DNA of 63,992 nucleotides, filler included, from an uncultured bacterium (GTDB lineage: Bacteria > CAZSTA01), in assembly GCA_964609495.1 (NCBI GenBank). It is 4 parts of 4 records of this genome, joined end to end, with 100 filler letters (N's around TTAATTAATTAA, not from the genome) between each part and the next. Parts side by side here need not be neighbours in the genome. Positions count along the whole stretch, not along the records: positions 18,242 to 36,164 come from CAZSTA010000062.1; positions 36,265 to 53,750 come from CAZSTA010000063.1; 2 more parts are not named here. The stretch is one strand, 5' to 3'. Positions within the stretch are counted from its first letter, which is position 1, and every line of letters begins with the position of its first letter. Position numbers and translations under genes: made by a program. Of this stretch, positions 28,534 through 36,772 are shown one piece after another. Below the pieces are notes generated by a model. That model had not been told where the DNA came from, ran no database searches, and worked only from the letters and a program-made list of their open reading frames with translations.

Positions 28534-30453
28534 ATGAAAGGAATTAGATTAAACTATGTCGGTAAATTAACCCTGGTATTAGCTTGGCTATTTCTACTTC
28601 TACCTCTTTCTGGAGTTCTAGCCGCAACTGAGGAGGAAAATCTGTTGGCTCCTTCCAGAGGAGGTATTCTTTTAAGCTATACCAGTCAATATAATGATAG
28701 TGACTGGTCAGCTAAGAATCTGATAGATGGGGGATTACAGCAGTGGAGTTCTACCGATGCCTCCTTTCCGCAGGAGTTCGTCTTTGCCTTCAAGGATGAG
28801 GAAACTAAACTCATAAACAAAGTATCCCTAAATGCGGCTACCACGGATACCTCTAAGAATCGCTGGGCGAAGGACTTTGAAGTATTAGTCTCCACCGACA
28901 GTTCCAACTCTGGATTCAGATCAGTAGGCACTTTCCAATTGGAAAACATAGCTGGAGATCAAGTCTTCGAGTTCTATCCAGTAAGAGCTAAATACATTAT
29001 GCTTAGAATCACCTCAAACTATGGTGCTACAGATTATGTCGAACTAGGTGAATTCAAAGTCTTTGAAGCTGTGAGGTATATACCACCTAAGAGTGAGAAT
29101 TTAGTAGCTTCAGATAAGGGAGGCGTTCTCCTAAGTTACACCAGTCAATATAATGACAGTAGCTGGGCCGCTAAGAATCTGATAGATGGAGGATTACAGC
29201 AGTGGAGTTCTACCGATGCCTCTCTCCCTCAAGAGTTCGTCTTTGCCTTCCAGGATGAGGAAATTAAGCTCATAGATAGAGTATCCCTAGATGCGGCTAC
29301 TGTGGAGAGTAAAGATCGCTGGGCGAAGGACTTTGAGGTGTTAGTCTCCATCATCAGTCCTACATCTGGGTTCAAGTCAGTAGGAACTTTCCAATTAGAG
29401 AATATAGCTGGGGATCAAGTCTTTGAATTCTATCCCACAAGAGCTACCTATGTTATGCTTAGAATCACCTCTAATTATGGCTCTACCTCTTATGTCCAAT
29501 TAGGCGAATTCAAAGTATTTGAGGCTAGAAGTATTTGGGTATCTAAGGATGAGAATTTGGTAGCTTCACATAAGGGAGGCACTGTTCTAAGTTACACCAG
29601 TCAATATAATGATAGTAACTGGGCCGCTAAGAATCTGATAGATGGAGGTATATATCAATGGAGCTCTGCTAACGCTTCCTTCCCGCAGGAGTTCGTCTTT
29701 GCCTTCAAGGATGAGGAAACTAAACTCATAAACAAAGTATCCCTAAATGCGGCTACCACGGATACCTCTAAGAATCGCTGGGCGAAGGACTTTGAAGTAT
29801 TAGTCTCCACCGACAGTTCCAACTCTGGATTCAGATCAGTAGGCACTTTCCAATTGGAAAACATAGCTGGAGATCAAGTCTTCGAGTTCTATCCAGTAAG
29901 AGCTAAATACATTATGCTTAGAATCACCTCAAACTATGGTGCTACAGATTATGTCGAACTAGGTGAATTCAAAGTCTTTGAAGCTGTGAGGTATATACCA
30001 CCTAAGAGTGAGAATTTAGTAGCTTCAGATAAGGGAGGCGTTCTCCTAAGTTACACCAGTCAATATAATGACAGTAGCTGGGCCGCTAAGAATCTGATAG
30101 ATGGAGGATTACAGCAGTGGAGTTCTACCGATGCCTCTCTCCCTCAAGAGTTCGTCTTTGCCTTCCAGGATGAGGAAATTAAGCTCATAGATAGAGTATC
30201 CCTAGATGCGGCTACTGTGGAGAGTAAAGATCGCTGGGCGAAGGACTTTGAGGTGTTAGTCTCCATCATCAGTCCTACATCTGGGTTCAAGTCAGTAGGA
30301 ACTTTCCAATTAGAGAATATAGCTGGGGATCAAGTCTTTGAATTCTATCCCACAAGAGCTACCTATGTTATGCTTAGAATCACCTCTAATTATGGCTCTA
30401 CCTCTTATGTCCAACTAGGTGAATTCAAAGTATTTGAGGCATCATTCTTCTAA
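28534..30453 (+). CDS. Exported protein with four discoidin (F5/8 type C)-like domains
   Basis: Signal peptide; four ENL.A...GG...W.AKNLIDG...WSS....PQEFVF...KDFEV...RITSNYG...LGEF.VF units. Confidence 0.8.
   Translation: MKGIRLNYVGKLTLVLAWLFLLLPLSGVLAATEEENLLAPSRGGILLSYTSQYNDSDWSAKNLIDGGLQQWSSTDASFPQEFVFAFKDEETKLINKVSLNAATTDTSKNRWAKDFEVLVSTDSSNSGFRSVGTFQLENIAGDQVFEFYPVRAKYIMLRITSNYGATDYVELGEFKVFEAVRYIPPKSENLVASDKGGVLLSYTSQYNDSSWAAKNLIDGGLQQWSSTDASLPQEFVFAFQDEEIKLIDRVSLDAATVESKDRWAKDFEVLVSIISPTSGFKSVGTFQLENIAGDQVFEFYPTRATYVMLRITSNYGSTSYVQLGEFKVFEARSIWVSKDENLVASHKGGTVLSYTSQYNDSNWAAKNLIDGGIYQWSSANASFPQEFVFAFKDEETKLINKVSLNAATTDTSKNRWAKDFEVLVSTDSSNSGFRSVGTFQLENIAGDQVFEFYPVRAKYIMLRITSNYGATDYVELGEFKVFEAVRYIPPKSENLVASDKGGVLLSYTSQYNDSSWAAKNLIDGGLQQWSSTDASLPQEFVFAFQDEEIKLIDRVSLDAATVESKDRWAKDFEVLVSIISPTSGFKSVGTFQLENIAGDQVFEFYPTRATYVMLRITSNYGSTSYVQLGEFKVFEASFF
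28768..30414 (+). repeat. Intragenic direct repeat, 732 bp unit at 915 bp spacing
   Basis: 28768-29499 matches 29683-30414 with no mismatch seen by eye. Confidence 0.9.
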
Positions 30454-30527
30454 TGCCTTCAAAATAACAGCAAGCAATGCTGGATAATAAGAAACTACTT
30501 TTGATCTCCACTATTGATTAGATACTG

Positions 30528-30563
30528 AATAGAGGGAATCTACAAGGATAGATTTCCTCTATT
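30528..30563 (+). terminator. Probable terminator hairpin
   Basis: AATAGAGGGAATCTA-CAAGGA-TAGATTTCCTCTATT followed by T-rich sequence. Confidence 0.6.
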
Positions 30564-30624
30564 TGTTATGACCCCCAAGCACTTCTTCATAATCCATTTA
30601 TATACTTATACTTCCACAAAAAAT

Positions 30625-30653
30625 TTGATTATAAATGCTTAATATGGTATAAT
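30625..30653 (+). promoter_or_regulatory. sigma70-type promoter
   Basis: TTGATT-N17-TATAAT with extended TG. Confidence 0.65.
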
Positions 30654-30724
30654 ACTAATCGAGCAAAGATTTTCGAGGCAGATACAATTTATTATCATCC
30701 ATGTAAAGTTGGGAGGATATATTA

Positions 30725-31798
30725 ATGGACGAAACCGCAAAGATGCTGAAAGAGATTGCCGAGGCAGGAGGAATTCCCGGATACGAGGAGGAGATTCGAG
30801 CTATTATCAGAAAGTATATGGAGCCTCTATGCGAGATCAGTCAAGATAGATTGGGAAGTATCATTTGCACTAAAAGAGGAACAGATGATAGACCTAGAAT
30901 TATGCTTGCCGGTCATATGGACGAGATCGGATTCATAGTGAAGTTGATCACTAAGGAAGGCTTTATTCGCTTTACTCCTCTAGGTGGGTGGTGGGATCAA
31001 GTTGTTCTGGCTCAAAGGGTTGTGATCAAGAGCAGGAAAGGGGATATATTAGGTGTTACTGGTTCGAAGCCACCTCATCTATTAACCGAGGAGGAGCGGA
31101 AAAAGGTCTTAGAGAAGAAAGATATGTTCATTGATATCGGGGGAAGTAGCAAGGAGGAAGTTGAAGAGGAGTTCGGAGTGAGACCAGGCGATCCGATAAT
31201 CCCTATATGCCCCTTTACCGTTATGAGGAATGAGAGACTCTATATGGCAAAAGCTTGGGATGATAGAGTGGGTTGTGGCGTATTCATAAGCGTTATTCAG
31301 AAGCTTAAGGGTATTGAACATCCCAATACCGTCTTAGGTGTGGGAACTGTCCAGGAGGAGGTAGGTCTAAGAGGGGCTAGAACTAGTGCCTTTGCTGTCG
31401 AACCTGATGTAGGAATAGTTCTCGAGTCTGGAATCGCTGGAGATACACCCGGGATAAAAGAGGAGGAGGCGACTGATAAGTTGGGCAAGGGTCCCGCGCT
31501 GCTCGTCTATGATGGATCGATGATTCCTAATCTGAAGCTTCGCGACCTTTTCATAGATACTGCGAAGGAGAACGATATACCTCTTCAATTCTCCGTAATA
31601 GAAAGAGGAGGAACCGATGGAGGTAATATTCATCTGAACGCTAGAGGAGTCCCTTGCGTAGTGATCGGGGTTCCAGCTCGCTATATCCACAGCCATTGTG
31701 GAGTGATCAATCGAGACGATTATGATAATGCGGTTAAGTTAGTGGTAGAAGTGGTGAAGAAATTGGATGCCGAAAAGGCGGAAGAACTTACCCAATAA
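30725..31798 (+). CDS. M42 family (TET) aminopeptidase
   Basis: AGHMDEIG, KAWDDRVG, VQEEVGLRGA, GGTDG, RYIHS. Confidence 0.95.
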   Translation: MDETAKMLKEIAEAGGIPGYEEEIRAIIRKYMEPLCEISQDRLGSIICTKRGTDDRPRIMLAGHMDEIGFIVKLITKEGFIRFTPLGGWWDQVVLAQRVVIKSRKGDILGVTGSKPPHLLTEEERKKVLEKKDMFIDIGGSSKEEVEEEFGVRPGDPIIPICPFTVMRNERLYMAKAWDDRVGCGVFISVIQKLKGIEHPNTVLGVGTVQEEVGLRGARTSAFAVEPDVGIVLESGIAGDTPGIKEEEATDKLGKGPALLVYDGSMIPNLKLRDLFIDTAKENDIPLQFSVIERGGTDGGNIHLNARGVPCVVIGVPARYIHSHCGVINRDDYDNAVKLVVEVVKKLDAEKAEELTQ

Positions 31799-31827
31799 AG
31801 TATTGAAACCATAGGAGAGGAGAAAAT

Positions 31828-33993
31828 ATGATAAGAAAATTACGGGGAAGAATGATGAAGACTGTTATGTGGATCGTGGCGATCGGATTCACCATCTCCA
31901 TAGTAGCATACGGAGGAAGTTACTACTTTTCCAGAAGACCAACACCCACAGAAGAAAGAGAAGAATTAAGCGAAGCGGCGGCCACGGTTAATGGGGAGAA
32001 CATCTCGATGCTTGATCTGAATCAAGCTGTTGCTATGAGCTTGAGAAATTCTAATATCTCCCCGCAGGATATCGATCAAGCTACCCTCGATTTCTATAGA
32101 GAGCTATTCCTAGAGCAATTAATAGATAGAGAGTTGATCTATCAGGATGCTAAGGAGCAAAATATCCGTCCTAATAAGGATGAGGTGAATAAGATCATAA
32201 AGCAGACTGAACAGGCATTCCCTTCCAAAGCAGATTTATTGACTGTTCTGAATGCCTATGGTTGGGCTGACTTAAATGATTATCGCAGATCTATAGAGAG
32301 AGATATCATTATCCAAGAGAGAATAAAGCAAGTAAGGGATGAAGTCGGAGAGGTTAGCGAGGAGGAAGCGAAAATTTTTTATGAGGAGAATAAATATCGC
32401 TATCCAAAATCGGCTGAGGTGAAGTTAGAGCAGATCCTGGTCAAAGATGAAGAAGAGGCTAAGAAAGCTCAAGAGAAACTCGTTAATGAGGATTTCAAAA
32501 CGGTCGCAGAAGAGATCTCTCGAACTAATTTTCAGCCCGACTATATGCAACAAGAGGATCTATTTGGAGATTTCAAAAGCTCCGCTTTTGGCCTAGGGGT
32601 AGGAGATGCGAGTAATGTGATAACCACTATGTTGGGATATCACGTTATTAAATTGATAGAGAGACGAGCCGAACATTATCCCGAACTTGGCGAAGTCAAA
32701 GAACAAGTGATAGACTCGATTCTAGGGGAGAAAAGAAAGGAATTTATAAATAATAAAGTCGCCGAACTTCAAAAGGAACATGATAAATTATTGGAACAGC
32801 GTCGAGAGGAAGCTAAGAAGGAGTTCCCGGATGTTACCGAAGAGGAGCTTCTGGAATACTACGAAGCTAGCAAACCTATGTATCATGAACCAGAACAAGT
32901 TCACGCCCATCATATTCTAGTAGCGACCGAGGAAGAGGCCGAAGACATATTAAAGGAGCTAAGAGCAGGAGTTGACTTTGAGCAATTAGCCATGGAGAAA
33001 TCGATGGAGCCGGCGGCGAAGCAAACAGGGGGAGATCTGGGATACTTCTCCCGAGGGATGATGATCCCTGAATTCGAGGAGGCTGCCTTCAGCTTAGAGG
33101 TCGGAAAGATATCGGAACCTGTCAAGACTTCATTCGGCTATCATATAATCAGAGTTGATGATAAGAAACCAGAAAGAGATCCCCCCTTAGAGGAGATAAG
33201 GGATAGGGTCGAGCAAGACATCTTACTCGCCCTGCGAGATACTTTTGTAAACCCGCTTAGGAATAAGCTTAATGAGGAGAAGGAAGAGAAGAGGGTTGAG
33301 TATCAAGAACAGGCAAAGACCGAGATAACTCCGGATAGTATAACCGAGGAGGAGATACAAGATTACTTCCAGGAGAATTTGGAGAAGTATAGGATCCCCG
33401 AAAAGAGAAATATACTTAATATTATCTTCTCTACGGAGGAGCAAGCTGAAGATTTAGTGAAGAAAATAGGAGAAGATCCTAAGGTTTTTGATGATATGTT
33501 CACCAAGGTCTCGAAAGGAGAGGTTGAGGGAGCTATAGCTCAAGATCTAGGATTTATTACCAGAAGCGAAATAGGAAACTCCTTAGAGCAGATAGCTTTC
33601 AGCTTGGAGGCTGGGGATATAAGCCAGATAATGGAGAGCATCTTTGGTTATCACCTCATCAAGATAGAGGATAAGAAAGCCGCTTCAACTCGTGCTTTCG
33701 AGGAGGTGAAAGAGCAGATTTACCAAGATGCCCTCGAAGATAAGCAATCTACAGCACTTCGCAATTTCATTAATAGCTTAAAGAGGAGCGCAGAGATAGT
33801 AAATCATTTTAAGGAAAGGAAGGAGAAAGAAGAGGCAGAAAGGGAAGCGGCTGAAGAGCAAAAGTCAAGTGAGGCAGAGGTTGAAATAGGGACCCCCGAG
33901 GAGGAAGGAGCAAAGGAGACCACCGAGGAATCTGGGGCTGAGCCGATAGAGGAAGAGCAACCCCTGATTGAGACCGAGGAGACGAATAAATAG
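31828..33993 (+). CDS. SurA/PpiD-like membrane-anchored chaperone with three parvulin-like PPIase domains
   Basis: N-terminal TM and SurA_N-like region; HILV...GGDLGYF...EFEEAAF...FGYHII, plus two degenerate copies ending GYHVIKL and GYHLIKI; acidic tail. Confidence 0.85.
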   Translation: MIRKLRGRMMKTVMWIVAIGFTISIVAYGGSYYFSRRPTPTEEREELSEAAATVNGENISMLDLNQAVAMSLRNSNISPQDIDQATLDFYRELFLEQLIDRELIYQDAKEQNIRPNKDEVNKIIKQTEQAFPSKADLLTVLNAYGWADLNDYRRSIERDIIIQERIKQVRDEVGEVSEEEAKIFYEENKYRYPKSAEVKLEQILVKDEEEAKKAQEKLVNEDFKTVAEEISRTNFQPDYMQQEDLFGDFKSSAFGLGVGDASNVITTMLGYHVIKLIERRAEHYPELGEVKEQVIDSILGEKRKEFINNKVAELQKEHDKLLEQRREEAKKEFPDVTEEELLEYYEASKPMYHEPEQVHAHHILVATEEEAEDILKELRAGVDFEQLAMEKSMEPAAKQTGGDLGYFSRGMMIPEFEEAAFSLEVGKISEPVKTSFGYHIIRVDDKKPERDPPLEEIRDRVEQDILLALRDTFVNPLRNKLNEEKEEKRVEYQEQAKTEITPDSITEEEIQDYFQENLEKYRIPEKRNILNIIFSTEEQAEDLVKKIGEDPKVFDDMFTKVSKGEVEGAIAQDLGFITRSEIGNSLEQIAFSLEAGDISQIMESIFGYHLIKIEDKKAASTRAFEEVKEQIYQDALEDKQSTALRNFINSLKRSAEIVNHFKERKEKEEAEREAAEEQKSSEAEVEIGTPEEEGAKETTEESGAEPIEEEQPLIETEETNK

Positions 33994-34006
33994 GATATTT
34001 TCATAC

Positions 34007-34047
34007 AAAATGAAGCACGGTCGAATATACCGGTGCTTCATTTTTTT
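34007..34047. terminator. Bidirectional terminator between convergent genes
   Basis: AAAATGAAGCAC...GTGCTTCATTTTTTT. Confidence 0.75.
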
Positions 34048-34063
34048 GTAAAATGTAAAAACT

Positions 34064-34723
34064 TTAAGTTAGAGCTTCAGAACTGATGAACTCTGCTAAT
34101 GAGTGGAAATTACCATCCGCTCCCAATTTGGCTGGAGTGCAATTTCCCTTCCTTATCTCTCTCATAAAGTCATCTAAGTTCTTGATCTCGCTCTCGAATA
34201 TAGTAGCATATCGGCCAACTCGTTCTACTCGATGAGCATCTCCCCCTCCAACACAGGGAAGTTGCATCTTCAAAGCGGCTCTCTGAGCAAGTATGTTCTC
34301 GGTGTAGGAGCTGTTTCCATTCCAGGTTTCTACGGCATCTAAGACGTCCTTAAAATCATAAATCTTATTCCTTAAACTGGGGGCGCCTACTCGGAAAGGA
34401 TGGGCAGGGATAACTATCCCGCCAGTGCTATGAACCTCTCTGATTATCTCTTCTGCCGGTAATATATCCTCTATATCAAACTTTCCCTTCCAGCCGAAGA
34501 CGAGAAGATCCCCCTCAGCGGTCCGAACCTCCATCCCCTCCAAAACTAGGAAGTTATACTCGGAAGCTATTTCAGCGGCGACTTTAGCTCCATAAGTGGT
34601 GTCATGTTCAGTTACGCAAAGTGCATCGAGCCCTATCTTCTTAGCCCTTTCGATCATCTCCTCCACCCCTAGGATGCTACAAGGGGAGGAAATACGGGTG
34701 TGGATATGTAGATCTATAATCAT
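34064..34723 (-). CDS. PHP-domain phosphoesterase
   Basis: DLHIHT, TEHD, GMEV, AHPFR, GGDAH. Confidence 0.9.
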   Translation of the reverse strand: MIIDLHIHTRISSPCSILGVEEMIERAKKIGLDALCVTEHDTTYGAKVAAEIASEYNFLVLEGMEVRTAEGDLLVFGWKGKFDIEDILPAEEIIREVHSTGGIVIPAHPFRVGAPSLRNKIYDFKDVLDAVETWNGNSSYTENILAQRAALKMQLPCVGGGDAHRVERVGRYATIFESEIKNLDDFMREIRKGNCTPAKLGADGNFHSLAEFISSEALT

Positions 34724-34753
34724 CTATTTATAACTTCACCTCATTTATATTTC

Positions 34754-35053
34754 TCAATAATACGAAGTCCCTAGAATACTGAATCTATTGAATTTGCCTT
34801 GACACTCCCCCCATTTCACCTCAACTTTATCTACTCGGGCAGAATGAGGACCCTTTCTGAGATAGCGTATCAGCTTCTTTATCCTGTCCTCCTCCCCCTC
34901 GGCCACAACCTCCACCTCTCCACTATAGAGATTTCTGACATATCCCTTCAACCGCAAAGAGTTAGCATGTCGCGAGGTGAAGAATCTATATCCAACCATC
35001 TGGACAAAGCCATCTACCAATATTTCGGCTCTCTTTAACTCGCTCATCCTCAC
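34754..35053 (-). CDS. acyP: Acylphosphatase
   Basis: G.VQ.VGYRFF, GYVRNL..G.VEVVAEG, GP..ARV. Confidence 0.92.
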   Translation of the reverse strand: MRMSELKRAEILVDGFVQMVGYRFFTSRHANSLRLKGYVRNLYSGEVEVVAEGEEDRIKKLIRYLRKGPHSARVDKVEVKWGECQGKFNRFSILGTSYY

Positions 35054-35075
35054 TCACCCGATTAATTCTCCTCCC

Positions 35076-35888
35076 TCATTTACCCAGTTCCTTAGATCGA
35101 TAGGTAGCCGCAGTTACAGCATCAAAAATCGCAGTTCGTAGCCCTCCCCTCTCGATCGCTTCCAAACCAGCTATCGTCGTTCCTCCGGGGGAAGCTACTT
35201 TATCCTTCAAGATCATAGGATGTTCCTTCGTCTCCTCTAACATCCTCGCTGTTCCTAAAACCGTTTGAAGAGCTAGTGTTCTCGCGGTATCCCGAGGAAG
35301 TCCGACCCTTACTCCTGCATCGGCTAAAGCCTCGATAAATACTGCGACATAAGCCGGGCCACTTCCACTTAGTCCAGTAACCGCATCCATCAATCGTTCC
35401 TCAACTAAGACCACCTTGCCCGAAGTGGAAAGTATAGTCGTAGCAAGTTTCTCATCCTCTTCATCCGCATATTTCCCTCGGCACAAAGCGATCGCCGCCT
35501 CCCCAATTAGACAGCATATATTGGGCATAACCCTTATGACTGGCACTTCCTTCGCTATTTCATCCTCTATGAAATCGGTAGTAATACCAGCCGCAATGGA
35601 TATGAGCAACTGGGAAGGCTCTACCACATCTTTGATATCCTCTAAAACTCTCTTCATCGCTTGAGGGGTAACTGCTAGGATTATAACATCTCCTCTCCGA
35701 ACCGCCTCTCGATTATGGGATGCTTTCGAGATCCCGAACTCCTGGGCTATATAATTCAACCTATCAGGACGAAGATCGAAAGCGGTTATATCCTCAGCCG
35801 AAGCTTCGCCAGCGGACAGAATCCCCCGGACTAAAGCCTCGCCCATCTTTCCTACTCCGATAAAGCTTATCTTTTTGGATATGGACAT
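35076..35888 (-). CDS. proC: Pyrroline-5-carboxylate reductase
   Basis: FIGVGKMG, SIAAG, RVMPN, GLSGSGPAY, VASPGGTTI. Confidence 0.97.
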   Translation of the reverse strand: MSISKKISFIGVGKMGEALVRGILSAGEASAEDITAFDLRPDRLNYIAQEFGISKASHNREAVRRGDVIILAVTPQAMKRVLEDIKDVVEPSQLLISIAAGITTDFIEDEIAKEVPVIRVMPNICCLIGEAAIALCRGKYADEEDEKLATTILSTSGKVVLVEERLMDAVTGLSGSGPAYVAVFIEALADAGVRVGLPRDTARTLALQTVLGTARMLEETKEHPMILKDKVASPGGTTIAGLEAIERGGLRTAIFDAVTAATYRSKELGK

Positions 35889-36005
35889 ATAAATCCCCCG
35901 CTCTATAATATAATCAACCGTAAGATATTATAACATAAAACTTATGATAAATGCAAGATTTTATGATGCCTCTTAGTCATCCTAGCCCTTGAACTCCCCT
36001 TAAAT

Positions 36006-36125
36006 CACCCTCCCCTAACCCCTCCCGTCGAGGGAGGGGAAAATAAAAGGAATCGCAGTTCACAGGAATCCCCTCTCCCCTCGTGGGAGAGGGATAGAGT
36101 GAGGGGGAAATTTATATCTTGAACC
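36006..36125. repeat. REP-like cruciform intergenic repeat (most complete copy)
   Basis: CACCCTCCCCTAACCCCTCCCGTCGAGGGAGGGG...CCCCTCTCCCCTCGTGGGAGAGGGATAGAGTGAGGGGG, then TTTATATCTTGAAC. Confidence 0.8.
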
Positions 36126-36164
36126 TATTAGTAAAAAGTAAGGATAGGATACTCCGCTTATCTG

Positions 36165-36264
36165 NNNNNNNNNNNNNNNNNNNNNNNNNNNNNNNNNNNN
36201 NNNNNNNNTTAATTAATTAANNNNNNNNNNNNNNNNNNNNNNNNNNNNNNNNNNNNNNNNNNNN
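36165..36264. other. Artificial contig linker
   Basis: N44-TTAATTAATTAA-N44. Confidence 0.98.
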
Positions 36265-36474
36265 GTATCCGGTGAGATAGTCGAGGTGAACGAGGAGTTG
36301 GATACCGATGCCACCCTGATCAACCAAGATCCTTATGGAGAGGGTTGGATTCTAACTATCGAGCCATCCAATTTAGAGGAAGATCTGGAGAATCTACTCC
36401 ACGATCCCGAGGAGATAAAGGAATGGATAGCCGAAGAGATGAAGAAAGCCGAGGAGGAACAGGCGAAAGAGTAA
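36265..36474 (+). CDS. gcvH: Glycine cleavage H / lipoate-binding protein, 5'-truncated
   Basis: [12 protein letters not shown]....[12 protein letters not shown] is the GcvH C-terminal signature; the lipoyl Lys lies beyond the contig edge. Confidence 0.88.
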   Translation, partial: VSGEIVEVNEELDTDATLINQDPYGEGWILTIEPSNLEEDLENLLHDPEEIKEWIAEEMKKAEEEQAKE

Positions 36475-36772
36475 AAATCTACAAAGCCCCTTAGCCTGAA
36501 ATCTAAGGGAGGGGTCTGGCACAATAGAGGATCGAAGCCATAGAAAGCAGAGACAAAACAGCTTTGGGGTATCACCTGCCTATCCCTTTCAAGAGATTGA
36601 GAATAGCTCACAAGCAGTGCAAGTCAGTGATGAAGCTGGCTTGCATTGTTAATAAAAATTTAAGCAGTTTAGAAGAGGACTCGTTGAGGCTGTAGAAAGA
36701 TGATTTTTGAGAAGAGGTGGATTCTTAGTATTATGACGATTAAGGATCCTTAGTCTAATAGGAGGTGTTAAG

